Made by a program: the position numbers and the translations under genes. 64,000 bases of DNA from Betaproteobacteria bacterium. GTDB taxonomy: Bacteria; Pseudomonadota; Gammaproteobacteria; Burkholderiales; SG8-41. Below the pieces are notes generated by a model. That model saw only the letters and a list, made by a program, of their open reading frames with translations. It was not told the origin of the DNA and searched no databases. Positions 39,653-51,064 of the stretch are shown in pieces. The stretch spans positions 29,260 through 93,259 of the forward strand of contig CANJQI010000001.1 in NCBI GenBank assembly GCA_947476215.1, in the 5' to 3' direction. How positions within the stretch are numbered: the stretch's first letter is position 1; every line of letters begins with the position of its first letter.

Positions 39653-41470
39653 TCACTGGGCGTGTTTGTCGCACCATGCTACCCACATGTCGCGAAACGC
39701 GGATTCAAGATTGCGCGCGCACGTCCGGCCGTCCGTCGTGGGCGAGGATGTCATCATTCCGCGCAGACGGGCGCGCAGTTGCGCAAGACGCGCAAGGTCG
39801 CCTGTAAGCCGCGTCGCGATATCGATGTATTCATCGCCGCTGCTTGCCACGAGTTGCGGCAAGCCCACATTGTTCAGCATCGAGACGTCCGCGCGCGTAG
39901 CGTGCGTAGTTCCCGCCAGCACCACCACGGGTAGTCCCATCCAGAGCGAAAAGCAGGTGGTCGTCGCGCCGTGATATGGAAACGTATCCAGCGCGATGTC
40001 GACGCGGTTGAATGCCGCAAGATAGTCGTCGAAGGGCAGCCGCGGCAGGACATGCACGCGGTCGGACGCGATCCCGCACTCGGCAAACAATGCACGCACA
40101 TGTTTTTTCGCATTTTCGCCGCTGATCGCCATGACTTGCAGGCGTGCGTTCGGCACTTGCAGCAGTATGCGTGCCCACAGCTTCACGATGGTTCCTGTAA
40201 TCTTGAATACGCTGTGAAACGTGCCGAAGGTCACGTGGCCATTCGCGAGCGCAGGCAACGGCGTAACCTCGGGGACGGTGTCCGGCGGCTTCCACGCCAT
40301 ATAGATGCGAGGCAGGCGTATCAACGTTTCGGAATTCAGATGCTCGCTCATGCCCGGCGGGTCGCAATGCACGTCGGTGATGCGGTAATCCATGCTGTCC
40401 ATGCCGGTGGTGCACGGAAATCCCAGCCAGTTGACCTGTACCGGCGCCGGCTTGCGCGCGAAGGCAAGCAAACGGTTGCCGGCCGTGTGCCCGCTTAGGT
40501 CGACAAGGATGTCTATTACGTCATCGTGTACGAGCCGGGCGAGCTCCGCATCGTCCAATTTTGCGGTCGAACGCCAGCACGCGCCGTGCGCCTTGAGGCG
40601 TTCCGAATAAGCATCGGGACGCGCCACGTCGGCATAGAGGAATATTTCGAAATTGTCAGGGTCGTGGTACTCAAGGACCGACTCAAGAAAAAAGGCCACC
40701 GCATGTTTGCGCAAGTACGGTGATACGAATCCGACGCGTAGCCGGCGCGACGGATCAGGGCGGTTATTGTAAAAAAATTGTTTAAATTCAAATTGTTGTG
40801 CGTGTATTTTGGCCCACGTCCGGTGTTCGTTGTAGATTGCGACCGGATCCTGCCGGTCCGAGTAGTTCAATGCGCGCAGCAGTTCGCTGTGTGCTCTGGC
40901 ATCTTTGGGATCCAGCTTGACCGCATCGCGTAGCGACGCAATCGCGGCATCGACTCGTCCCTGTTCGAACAATATCGTGCCGAGCAGGTGGTGGAGGGCG
41001 GCATGGTGCGGGTGATCCCGCAGTCCATCTCGACAGCAGCGTTCCGCGTCGTCGTAGCGGGCGAGTATTTTCTGCAGCATGCCCAGCTTTTCCCATGCCT
41101 CAACGTGTTTGCTGTCCAGTCCGACGGCGGCACGATAACTTTCAGTGGCGCCATCGAAGTCACCGGTCATTGTAAGAACTTCACCCAGCAGGATGTGGCT
41201 CTGGGCTGTAGCCGCCAGTGAGCTCGACCTGCGCAGTTGCGCAATTCCCTCCTTGGTTTGACCAAGGGCGAGCAATTCCGTAGCCAGCAGACTGAGAACA
41301 TCAGCGTTATCGGGATCCTGTATCAATGCAATCCGGCATTGCGCTATAACCTCCTGATGATGGCCCTGTTGCCGCAGGCGCAGCGTATTTTCGAGCCAGC
41401 GCAGGTCGATTTTTTTCCGACCAGCGGGATTTCTAGGGCGGAGCAGCGTTCTGATCAGGCTGGCTAGCAT
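39653..41470 (-). CDS. TPR-repeat protein with a C-terminal GT41 (SPINDLY / O-GlcNAc-transferase-like) glycosyltransferase domain
   Basis: N-terminal ~220 aa are TPRs. The C-terminal part (RLRVGFVSPYLRKHAVAFFLESVLEYHD...NWLGFPCTTGM..DYRITD...) matches the COG3914-type predicted O-linked GlcNAc transferases. Confidence 0.75.
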   Translation of the reverse strand: MLASLIRTLLRPRNPAGRKKIDLRWLENTLRLRQQGHHQEVIAQCRIALIQDPDNADVLSLLATELLALGQTKEGIAQLRRSSSLAATAQSHILLGEVLTMTGDFDGATESYRAAVGLDSKHVEAWEKLGMLQKILARYDDAERCCRDGLRDHPHHAALHHLLGTILFEQGRVDAAIASLRDAVKLDPKDARAHSELLRALNYSDRQDPVAIYNEHRTWAKIHAQQFEFKQFFYNNRPDPSRRLRVGFVSPYLRKHAVAFFLESVLEYHDPDNFEIFLYADVARPDAYSERLKAHGACWRSTAKLDDAELARLVHDDVIDILVDLSGHTAGNRLLAFARKPAPVQVNWLGFPCTTGMDSMDYRITDVHCDPPGMSEHLNSETLIRLPRIYMAWKPPDTVPEVTPLPALANGHVTFGTFHSVFKITGTIVKLWARILLQVPNARLQVMAISGENAKKHVRALFAECGIASDRVHVLPRLPFDDYLAAFNRVDIALDTFPYHGATTTCFSLWMGLPVVVLAGTTHATRADVSMLNNVGLPQLVASSGDEYIDIATRLTGDLARLAQLRARLRGMMTSSPTTDGRTCARNLESAFRDMWVAWCDKHAQ

Positions 41471-41492
41471 GTTGCTGCGCCGGGCGCGTTGT

Positions 41493-42356
41493 TCAGGAGC
41501 GCGCCATCGCGGTGCCGCCGCCGGTCGGCTGTTTGATCAGCACGGATTCGCGGTTTCCGAGCACGACAAATGGCAGCTTGCGTTGATCGCAGAAATCGTC
41601 ACACGCTTTTTTGGCGCCGGGACAGAATATAGAGCCATCGCACACAATGATGCCACCCGGATTGAGGCGTGGATAAAAGTAATCCAGCGCGCGCAGCGTG
41701 GGTTCGTATAGCGTAACGTCGATGTGGACAAATGACCAGTCGCGCTCGGGCAGCGTGGCAAATACCTGTGGTATCCAGCCCGCGCACAGGGTTGTATCCG
41801 GAAACTCGCCGAAATATCCGCGCACCAGTTCCGGTGAGATGTCGGCCTTAGCGACCGGAAAGAACGCCTCGCGTCGCGGCATGCCGTCATCGCCGCGTAC
41901 CGGGATCAGATCGTGTTTCCCAGAAACGCTGGTGCCGACAAAGCTGTCTATCAGGTAAAAGTCTTTCCCCCTGAAATCGGCCTGTGCACTGCGCCATGCA
42001 TGCGCCAACAGCAGCGCGGACGCGCCGCGATAGACACCGCATTCAGCACGCGCACCGGGCACGGCTAACGTTGCAAGAAAGTAACGCACGAGGTCGCGGC
42101 GGCTCTGGAAGCGGTGGAACAGGTTGAATGGCGTAACGGGCGTTTTCGTCTCATGCAGGCAGCGCCAGTACAGATCCACGTAGTTTTCGCCGCCGATCAC
42201 GTCGTTGTGGAAGAGCACCCGCAGGTGCTGGTCGACCGGCGCGCGGCCATGCAGCTCGTTGAGCCTGCGCTCGGTCTCGAGCGGATATTCGGTGATAGGG
42301 GGAGTGTTGCCGCGCATCAGCCGCCGGGCTGCGCGCAGAAGATGAACTAAGGGCAT
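41493..42356 (-). CDS. class I SAM-dependent methyltransferase, TylF/MycF (macrocin O-methyltransferase) type
   Basis: ECGVYRGASALLLA (SAM glycine-rich loop), FYLIDSFVG, and HIDVTLYEPTLRALDYFYPRLNPGGIIVCDG, typical of the TylF family. Confidence 0.7.
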   Translation of the reverse strand: MPLVHLLRAARRLMRGNTPPITEYPLETERRLNELHGRAPVDQHLRVLFHNDVIGGENYVDLYWRCLHETKTPVTPFNLFHRFQSRRDLVRYFLATLAVPGARAECGVYRGASALLLAHAWRSAQADFRGKDFYLIDSFVGTSVSGKHDLIPVRGDDGMPRREAFFPVAKADISPELVRGYFGEFPDTTLCAGWIPQVFATLPERDWSFVHIDVTLYEPTLRALDYFYPRLNPGGIIVCDGSIFCPGAKKACDDFCDQRKLPFVVLGNRESVLIKQPTGGGTAMARS

Positions 42357-42378
42357 GTGCGCATGCCTTGCACAGGTA

Positions 42379-42837
42379 TCAGCTCTTGGCGTCGGTCAGA
42401 TGCTTGTTGAAATTGTTGAAAAATGTCTCCGCCATTTTTTTTGCCACGCCATCGATCAGGCGTGCCCCGATCTGTGCGATCTTGCCGCCAACGTTGGCCT
42501 TGGCTGCATAGTTCAGCCGCGTGGCATGGTCCTCGGTGGTCAGTGTAACGTCGGCCTCGCCCTTGGCAAACCCCGCGACGCCGCCCTGTCCCTCGAATAT
42601 CAGCTTGTAGGAACTGGGCGGGTTCACCTCGGTGAGCGTGATCCGCGCCTTGAACTTCGCGCTGACCGGGCCGACTCGTGCACTCATGGTCATCTGAAAT
42701 TCCAAGTCGGAGATTTTTTCCATGGAATCGCAGCCGGGTATGCATATTTGCAGTACCGCGGGATCGCAGATCGCGTTCCACGTCTGCTGCTGCGCCTTGG
42801 GTATGAGCTGGTTGCCGGTGATTTCCATAAGGGTCAA
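42379..42837 (-). CDS. SRPBCC-fold CoxG-family protein
   Basis: EITGNQLIPKAQQQTWNAICDPAVLQICIPGCDSMEK...GPVSAKFKARITL matches the CoxG (CO dehydrogenase subunit G-like) family. Confidence 0.75.
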   Translation of the reverse strand: MTLMEITGNQLIPKAQQQTWNAICDPAVLQICIPGCDSMEKISDLEFQMTMSARVGPVSAKFKARITLTEVNPPSSYKLIFEGQGGVAGFAKGEADVTLTTEDHATRLNYAAKANVGGKIAQIGARLIDGVAKKMAETFFNNFNKHLTDAKS

Positions 42838-42896
42838 TATGTTACCGCGAGTTTACTCATCGCGCGACTGTTATCGGCATACGGAGTGCGATGGAC

Positions 42897-44240
42897 TCAC
42901 TTTGCCGATGCGCGCGACAAACCGCAACCGCGTGCGAGCTTGGTGATTTGATGGGATGCGGCCACCCGGTGCTCGGCGACGAAAGCCTGATGATTGCGCT
43001 CGACGTCGTCCAGGTGATAGACATAGTTGACCATGATGCCGGCAGAGTTCCGCAAGCCGCGCTTCGAGGTGTCGGCGAGCCAGTTAAGCCGCTCCATGCG
43101 TGCACCGTTTCCGAGGTGGAACCGCGCCACCGCGTCGCGCGGTTCGTCGTTCTTTCTCGCTTTGGTAAGGTACCAGGCGCAAAGAGACATGAGGACGGGT
43201 TTGAGGCGCGCGGCCAGGTCCGCTTTATCCCGCCAGTCCGGGTCGTGCAGGGATTTAAGTAATGTGGTGGCATCTAATCCTTGCGGCAAGGTGTCGAACT
43301 GAGGTTGTGTTTCAACAAGCCAGGACATGAAACCGGGAACAGGCGACAGTGTGGCGAACGTTCTGAGGCGCGGGAATTCGCGATTGAGTTCGAATACCAC
43401 CTGTTTGATTAACAGATTGCCGAATGAAATGCCACGCAGTCCTTCCTGGCAATTGGTGATTGAATAAAAAATAGCGCAGTCGGCGCGCGTCGGGCTCAAT
43501 TCGACCAAATTCGGATCGAGCAGCGGTTGCACTGCGTCGCTGACGCGATTGGTCAGTGCCACCTCGATGAAGATCAACGGATCTTCCGGCAGCGCGGGGT
43601 GGAAAAATGCAAAGCAGCGGCGGTCCGCGGCCAGGCGCCGGCGTAAATCCGTCCAGCCCGCGATCTCGTGCACTGCTTCGTAGTGGATGAGTTTTTCGAG
43701 GATGATGGCAGGCGTGTTCCAGTCGATTCTCTTGAGGTGCAGAAATCCGCGGTTGAACCATGCGGTCAGCAAATGCTCGAAATCAGCGTCGACCGCGAGC
43801 CAGTGCGGATTCGATTTCAGATTGCGCAGCAGGCGTCGCCGTATGTCAACCAGCACCGGTGTGCCGCCCGGCGCCATATTGAGCCGGCGGATCAGTTCTT
43901 GGCGCGGCGATTCCACGGCTTGCTGCAACGCGATCAGATTTGCCGCTGAGTGATCCAGTTCATAGTTTGCGGCTGCGGTCGCAATCTCCGCCGGGGCCGG
44001 TGAGAATTCGTCGGCGAGCAGATTGAGGAAGGGCGCCAGCGCATTCTCCGGTAGCGCCGCGTAGGCCGCGAGTGCTTCGCTCGCCAGCGCGGCACCCGAA
44101 ACTTCTCCGCGCTCCGACAATAGGGCATGAAAAAGGGTAATGACGTTACGTGCTTGACGTGCTGCCGAACGCTGCTTGTCGACGGGTTGAACGACGCGTC
44201 GCAACAGTGTTTTCAGAAACGATGGCTCGCTCAAATTCAA
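42897..44240 (-). CDS. malonyl-CoA decarboxylase
   Basis: MCD-family signature region FYSITNCQEGLRGISFGNLLIKQVVFEL and family-typical length. The start codon in the track is TTG. Confidence 0.85.
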   Translation of the reverse strand: MNLSEPSFLKTLLRRVVQPVDKQRSAARQARNVITLFHALLSERGEVSGAALASEALAAYAALPENALAPFLNLLADEFSPAPAEIATAAANYELDHSAANLIALQQAVESPRQELIRRLNMAPGGTPVLVDIRRRLLRNLKSNPHWLAVDADFEHLLTAWFNRGFLHLKRIDWNTPAIILEKLIHYEAVHEIAGWTDLRRRLAADRRCFAFFHPALPEDPLIFIEVALTNRVSDAVQPLLDPNLVELSPTRADCAIFYSITNCQEGLRGISFGNLLIKQVVFELNREFPRLRTFATLSPVPGFMSWLVETQPQFDTLPQGLDATTLLKSLHDPDWRDKADLAARLKPVLMSLCAWYLTKARKNDEPRDAVARFHLGNGARMERLNWLADTSKRGLRNSAGIMVNYVYHLDDVERNHQAFVAEHRVAASHQITKLARGCGLSRASAK

Positions 44241-44466
44241 CCTTTCCGGCTGGTTCGCGGACTTTCATTTTTCCCGCAAGCCGTGTTGATTTTCATTGCG
44301 ACAGATATCGTTGGTATCGCGCCGATGCTAGCGGATGCGTGGGCCGTCTGCAACCGGGTTGTTGTAGCCGTGACCTGCGTTGGTCGCGGCTTGACCCTTT
44401 CGCATGCGATGCATTACCCTAGCGTCGAATTGAACCAACAGGGCGAAAGTCCGTCTATGGTGCATC

Positions 44467-45492
44467 ATGGATAGTGTAGATACCGAAGTTCTCAAGTGCG
44501 CTGTTACATGGCTGGCGGACGGACACAGGGCGACGCTCGCGACGGTTGTAAGAACCTGGGGATCGGCGCCGCGCCCGATCGGAGCCATGCTTGCGATACG
44601 CGACGACGGGCATGTCGTGGGGTCGGTATCCGGCGGTTGTGTCGAGGACGATCTGATAGCGCGCGTCAAGGACTTTCAGACGAAAAATCAGATCGCGGAT
44701 GGGAAGCCGGAAGTGGTCAGCTATGGTGTCACCACGGAGCAGGCGGCGCGCTTTGGACTGCCGTGCGGCGGGACCCTGCAGCTGGTGCTGGAACCCGTCA
44801 GCGTCGGCGCCAAGCTCGGCGAATTGCTGGCGACGATAGAACGCCATGAATTGGTCGCGCGATTCCTGGATATGGATACGGGCGGCGTGCGGCTGGAGGC
44901 CGGCCGCTGGTCGGATGCCCTTGAATTCGATGGCAAAACGCTCAAGTCCATACATGGTCCGCGCTGGAGATTGCTCATCATAGGCGCGGGGCAGACCTCG
45001 CGTTTCCTGGCGCAAATGGCGCAGGCGCTCGACTATCAGGTCACGGTGTGCGATCCGCGCGAGGAATACGCGGACGAGTGGAATGTTGCCGGAGCGACAT
45101 TGGTGCGCGGTTACCCGGACGACGTGGTCCTGGAAATGAATCCCGATGCGCATCTGGCGGTGGTCGCTGTCACACACGATCCCAAGCTGGACGATGCGGC
45201 GCTCCTGGAGGCGCTCAAGTCGCCGGCTTTTTATGTCGGCGCGCTGGGATCTAGGGCCAACAATGAAAAACGCCGCAAGCGGCTTGCAGACTTCGATCTT
45301 TCGGCCGCCGAAATTGCGCGTCTCTTCGGTCCCGTTGGACTCAAGATCGGCAGCAAGACGCCACCGGAGATTGCGGTTTCCATACTCGCGGAAATGACGG
45401 CGGTGCGGCGTGGCGTGAAACTCGAATTGATCGGAGTGGCCGCCGTATCAACGCCTGTCACAAACAACGATCCGTTTGCCTGCAACAGTTAG
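44467..45492 (+). CDS. XdhC/CoxI-family molybdoenzyme maturation accessory protein
   Basis: N-terminal XdhC_CoxI domain (ATVVRTWGSAPRPIGAMLAIRDDGHVVGSVSGGCVE) and C-terminal Rossmann-like LLIIGAGQTSRFLAQMAQALDYQVTVCDPR. Confidence 0.8.
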   Translation: MDSVDTEVLKCAVTWLADGHRATLATVVRTWGSAPRPIGAMLAIRDDGHVVGSVSGGCVEDDLIARVKDFQTKNQIADGKPEVVSYGVTTEQAARFGLPCGGTLQLVLEPVSVGAKLGELLATIERHELVARFLDMDTGGVRLEAGRWSDALEFDGKTLKSIHGPRWRLLIIGAGQTSRFLAQMAQALDYQVTVCDPREEYADEWNVAGATLVRGYPDDVVLEMNPDAHLAVVAVTHDPKLDDAALLEALKSPAFYVGALGSRANNEKRRKRLADFDLSAAEIARLFGPVGLKIGSKTPPEIAVSILAEMTAVRRGVKLELIGVAAVSTPVTNNDPFACNS

Positions 45493-45521
45493 CCAGGTTC
45501 TTGTAAAGCTCGATTTTTCTG

Positions 45522-46631
45522 CTATTCCGCAAAAAATTCCTTGACCTTGCCCATCCAGGACTTGGCGCGCGGGTCGTGGCGGCCGGCGTTCTTGACGTTG
45601 ATATCTTCCAGTTCGGCCAGTAGTTCACGCTGCCGCGTGGTGAGGTTCACCGGAGTCTCTATAACGACGTGACACATCAAGTCACCGAAGGTGGTGGAGC
45701 GCACCCCTTTGATGCCCTTGCCGCGCAGGCGGAAAACTTTTCCGGTCTGGGTTTCGGCGGGAACTTTGATCTTGGCATAGCCGTCTAGCGTCGGAATCTC
45801 TATATCTCCGCCGACCGCCGCAGTCGAGAAACTGATCGGCATTTCGCAGTGCAGGTCATTGTGGTCGCGCTGAAAGACCGCGTGCGCTTTCAGATGTATG
45901 ACGACGTAGAGGTCGCCGGTAGGGCCACCGTTGACGCCGGCCTCGCCTTCGCCGGAGAGACGGATACGGTCACCTTCATCGACGCCTGCCGGGATCTTCA
46001 CGGACAGCGTCTTGTGCTGTTTGATGCGGCCTGCGCCGTGGCACTGCAGGCATGGCGACTTCACGACCTTGCCGCTGCCGTGACATTTCGGGCAGGTCTG
46101 CTGGATCGAAAAGAAGCCTTGTTGCATGCGCACCTGGCCGTGACCGCCGCAGGTTGCGCACGAGGTTGGTTGGGTGCCGGGTTTGGTGCCGCTGCCGTGA
46201 CAGGTTTCGCAGGCCTGCATGGTTGGTATGCGTATCTTGGTTTCGGTGCCGCGCGCGGCTTCCTCAAGCGTAACCTCAAGGTTGTAGCGCAAGTCGGCGC
46301 CGCGATAGACGCTGGAGCGGCTGCGTCCGCCGCCGAAGATATCTCCGAAGATATCACCGAATGCTTCGCCGAAACCCGCAGCTCCGGCACCGCCGCCGGC
46401 TGACGGATCCACGCCGGCATGGCCGTACTGGTCATAGGCGGCGCGCTTGTTGGCATCGGTCAGGATTTCGTAGGCTTCCTTGGCTTCCTTGAACTGCTCT
46501 TCGGCTTTAGGATTGTCCGGATTCCTGTCCGGATGAAATTTCATCGCCAGCCTGCGATATGCAGTCTTGATCTCGGGTTCCGCCGCGTCCCGGTTGACGC
46601 CAAGAACCTCGTAATAGTCGCGTTTTGCCAT
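45522..46631 (-). CDS. dnaJ: molecular chaperone DnaJ
   Basis: J-domain with HPD (KFHPDRNP), a G/F region and four CxxCxGxG zinc motifs. Confidence 0.95.
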   Translation of the reverse strand: MAKRDYYEVLGVNRDAAEPEIKTAYRRLAMKFHPDRNPDNPKAEEQFKEAKEAYEILTDANKRAAYDQYGHAGVDPSAGGGAGAAGFGEAFGDIFGDIFGGGRSRSSVYRGADLRYNLEVTLEEAARGTETKIRIPTMQACETCHGSGTKPGTQPTSCATCGGHGQVRMQQGFFSIQQTCPKCHGSGKVVKSPCLQCHGAGRIKQHKTLSVKIPAGVDEGDRIRLSGEGEAGVNGGPTGDLYVVIHLKAHAVFQRDHNDLHCEMPISFSTAAVGGDIEIPTLDGYAKIKVPAETQTGKVFRLRGKGIKGVRSTTFGDLMCHVVIETPVNLTTRQRELLAELEDINVKNAGRHDPRAKSWMGKVKEFFAE

Positions 46632-46678
46632 TTTTGATTGCAGTAATAGGGTTGGTTATCAGGCCGGTACAAAGGGAA

Positions 46679-46707
46679 AAGGGGTGAAGAATTTTTCCTC
46701 ACCCCTT
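46679..46707 (-). terminator. hairpin between dnaK and dnaJ (partial terminator/attenuator)
   Basis: AAGGGGTGA-N11-TCACCCCTT, a perfect 9-bp stem. On the coding strand it is followed by TTCCCTTTG. Confidence 0.5.
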
Positions 46708-46730
46708 AAACCCCTGGGCATATCGGACGA

Positions 46731-48662
<1,932 letters not shown>

Positions 48663-48720
48663 TTGCTTGCCCCTATTCCTTAAGAAATTGTATTTCGGCC
48701 GGTGTGGATTGTTATTGACG

Positions 48721-48748
48721 AAATGGGCATTAATTATGCCTTTTCAAC
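48721..48748 (-). promoter_or_regulatory. sigma-32-type heat-shock promoter for dnaK
   Basis: The minus strand reads gTTGAAA-aggcataattaatg-CCCATTTc. Consensus is CTTGAAA-N13-15-CCCCATNT. It overlaps the grpE stop codon. Confidence 0.55.
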
Positions 48749-49267
48749 CGCTTTTGCCACCGAGACCATGGCGGGGCGCAGCACGCGCTCATTGAGCAGA
48801 TAGCCTTTTTGAAACACCTGTACAACGCTGTTCGGTTCGGCGTCTGATTCCACGGTGGTGATGGCCTGGTGGCGGTGCGGATCGAATTTCTGTCCGACCG
48901 GATTGATATCGACGATATTGAATTTCTCGAATACCGAACTCAATTGCTTGTGGGTCAGTTCGACGCCGCTCTTGAGGCTCTCGGCGGTGACGTTTTCGGT
49001 GGCGAGCGCGGCTTCGAGGCTGTCCTTCACGGCGACCAGTGCTGTCGAAAAGTTCTCGATTGCGTACTTGTGGGCGCTCGCGACGTCGGTCTGGGCTCGC
49101 TTGCGGATATTTTCGGTCTCGGCCTTGGCACGCAGCCATGCGTCGTGGTGTTCCTGCGCCTTGAGTTCGGCCTGCTTGAGCAATTCCTCAATGCTGGGCA
49201 TGACCTCCGGTGTGGCGGTGGTGTCAGCGGTGTTCGCTGGTTCATTGGGCTGCTGCGGTTCTTGCAT
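48734..49267 (-). CDS. grpE: nucleotide exchange factor GrpE
   Basis: GrpE family sequence ([14 protein letters not shown]..., [14 protein letters not shown]); 177 aa; directly upstream of dnaK. Confidence 0.95.
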   Translation of the reverse strand: MQEPQQPNEPANTADTTATPEVMPSIEELLKQAELKAQEHHDAWLRAKAETENIRKRAQTDVASAHKYAIENFSTALVAVKDSLEAALATENVTAESLKSGVELTHKQLSSVFEKFNIVDINPVGQKFDPHRHQAITTVESDAEPNSVVQVFQKGYLLNERVLRPAMVSVAKAVEKA

Positions 49268-49290
49268 CGAAAATCCTCCTTAAGTTCTAA

Positions 49291-49319
49291 TTAATTGGGG
49301 CACATTCCGAGAATTCAAG
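49291..49319 (-). promoter_or_regulatory. sigma-32-type heat-shock promoter for grpE
   Basis: The minus strand reads CTTGAAt-tctcggaatgtg-CCCCAATTa, followed about 13 nt later by AGGAGG and the grpE ATG. Confidence 0.65.
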
Positions 49320-49364
49320 TCTGTAAATAGACCGTTGATTTAAAAGGAATTTTTATTTCTGGCG

Positions 49365-49395
49365 TGGAAAAGAACAAGCCCCACCGAAGCGGGGC
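49365..49395 (-). terminator. rho-independent terminator after the hemH/yvlD-like unit
   Basis: The minus strand reads GCCCCGC-TTCG-GTGGGGC followed by TTGTTCTTTT. A second perfect hairpin, GCGCGGAC-N6-GTCCGCGC, lies at 49473-49494 right after the stop. Confidence 0.7.
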
Positions 49396-49497
49396 CCCTA
49401 ATGCACAATCTCTTCATCGTCTGGCCAGACTTACTGCCAAGCAGGACTTGGTCGCCGACTCTAACACTAAGCGCGCGGACTCTGTGGTCCGCGCCGT

Positions 49498-49848
49498 TCA
49501 CTTATCGGGCCGGGCCCGGAGCAGCGCGCTCAGCGCCCAACTGATCACGCTGTAAACGATCGCGCCCCATACCGCTGACCAGAATCCGGTGACGAAAAAA
49601 CCTTGCACGAAAGAGGCGACGAACCAGAACAGCAGACCGTTGATGACGAATGTAAACATGCCCAGCGTCAGAATATTGATGGGCAGCGTCAATAGTATGA
49701 GTATCGGTCTGATGAGCGTGTTGATCAGTCCGAGTGCGAGCGCGGTGATCAGTGCAGTGTAAATACCGTCTACCCTGATGGAGTCGAAGATGTAGGGCAG
49801 GACCAGCAGTGCCAGCGCGTTGATGATCCACACCACGATGAGCTGCAT
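49498..49848 (-). CDS. phage-holin-family-4 / YvlD (DUF360)-type small membrane protein
   Basis: 116-aa protein with 4 TMs (MQLIVVWIINALALLVLPYIF...LINTLIRPILILLTLPINILTLGMFTFVINGL). Confidence 0.8.
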   Translation of the reverse strand: MQLIVVWIINALALLVLPYIFDSIRVDGIYTALITALALGLINTLIRPILILLTLPINILTLGMFTFVINGLLFWFVASFVQGFFVTGFWSAVWGAIVYSVISWALSALLRARPDK

Positions 49849-49857
49849 GGTTTTTTC

Positions 49858-50952
49858 TCAGCCCCTTGCACCCATCGCGCGTGCACGCAGTTTCGATTGT
49901 TCCAGCACGTCCGGAGCGGGTGGCGTTTTCGTCCACCCGAGCAGGTGACGTGCCGCGATATCGGTGAGGGCGTGCAACCAGTCGTCGCGTTCGTTCAGGC
50001 ACGGAATATAGTGATACGCCTTGCCTCCCGCACTGAGGAAGACAGCCTTGCCCTCGATGGCGATTTCCTCGAGCGTTTCAAGGCAGTCGCTCACAAACCC
50101 CGGACAAATCACGTCGACCCGTTCCAGTCCCTGCTCACCGAGCGTGTTCAGGGTCTCGGCGGTGTAAGGTTTGAGCCATTCGGTGCGCCCGAAACGCGAC
50201 TGGAATGTCACCTGATATTTGTCTGGCGCAAGTTTCAGGGCTTCGGCCAGCAGTCGTCCCGTGACTTGACACTCGCAGTGGTACGGGTCGCCCTTGTCGA
50301 GGGTGTAGCGCGGCACGCCATGAAAGCTCATGATCAGCTTGTCGGGACGACCGCATTTCATCCAGTACTCGTTGACACCGGCGGCCAGTGCATTGATGTA
50401 ACCCGGGTCATCGTGAAAATTGCGCACGCTGCGCAGCGCCGGCTGATTTCGCATCCGTGCAAAGGCGGCACCGACGGCATCGAACGCAGTGGCGCTCGTA
50501 CTTGCGGCATATTGCGGATACAACGGCAGCAGCAAGATACGGTCGCAACCCTGTGCCTTAAGGCTGTTGAGTGTCGTACTGATGGAAGGCTGGCCGTAGC
50601 GCATCGCATAGTCGACCACCAACGGCGTGCGAATACGTTCGCCCAGGTAACCCTTGAGCATGCGTGCCTGGCGCTCGGTATGCACCTTGAGTGGCGAGCC
50701 ATCGCCTGTCCAGACCTGTGCATAGCGCTTTGCGGATTGCTTGGGGCGCAACGGCAGAATAAACAGGTTAAGTATTAACCACCACAGTGGGCGAGGGATC
50801 TCCACCACACGTGGATCGGACAGAAATTCGCGCAGATAGCGGCGCACGGCCGGCACGGTAGGCGCATCCGGTGTGCCAAGATTTACCAGCAGGATGCCGG
50901 TTTTGGGTGGTGTGCCGTGCGCGTAGGGCGGTTCAGGGTCGTGGCGGGTCAT
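49858..50952 (-). CDS. hemH: ferrochelatase
   Basis: [29 protein letters not shown] and a C-terminal EEIAIEG region; 364 aa. Confidence 0.95.
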   Translation of the reverse strand: MTRHDPEPPYAHGTPPKTGILLVNLGTPDAPTVPAVRRYLREFLSDPRVVEIPRPLWWLILNLFILPLRPKQSAKRYAQVWTGDGSPLKVHTERQARMLKGYLGERIRTPLVVDYAMRYGQPSISTTLNSLKAQGCDRILLLPLYPQYAASTSATAFDAVGAAFARMRNQPALRSVRNFHDDPGYINALAAGVNEYWMKCGRPDKLIMSFHGVPRYTLDKGDPYHCECQVTGRLLAEALKLAPDKYQVTFQSRFGRTEWLKPYTAETLNTLGEQGLERVDVICPGFVSDCLETLEEIAIEGKAVFLSAGGKAYHYIPCLNERDDWLHALTDIAARHLLGWTKTPPAPDVLEQSKLRARAMGARG

Positions 50953-50971
50953 GGGCTACGTCTTGGACTTC

Positions 50972-51006
50972 AGTGAGGAGCGATAAGTGACGAGTGATGA
51001 GCGGGC
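50972..51006 (-). repeat. 7-nt periodic tract (5 units) upstream of hemH
   Basis: The minus strand reads gcccgct catcact cgtcact tatcgct cctcact, ending 19 nt before the hemH ATG. The unit CnTCACT is the same as in the leuB tract. Confidence 0.8.
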
Positions 51007-51064
51007 GCCAGCAAGCCATGCGGCTTCGGCTTGGTTGCCCAGCCTCGAGACCCGCTCGCCACCC

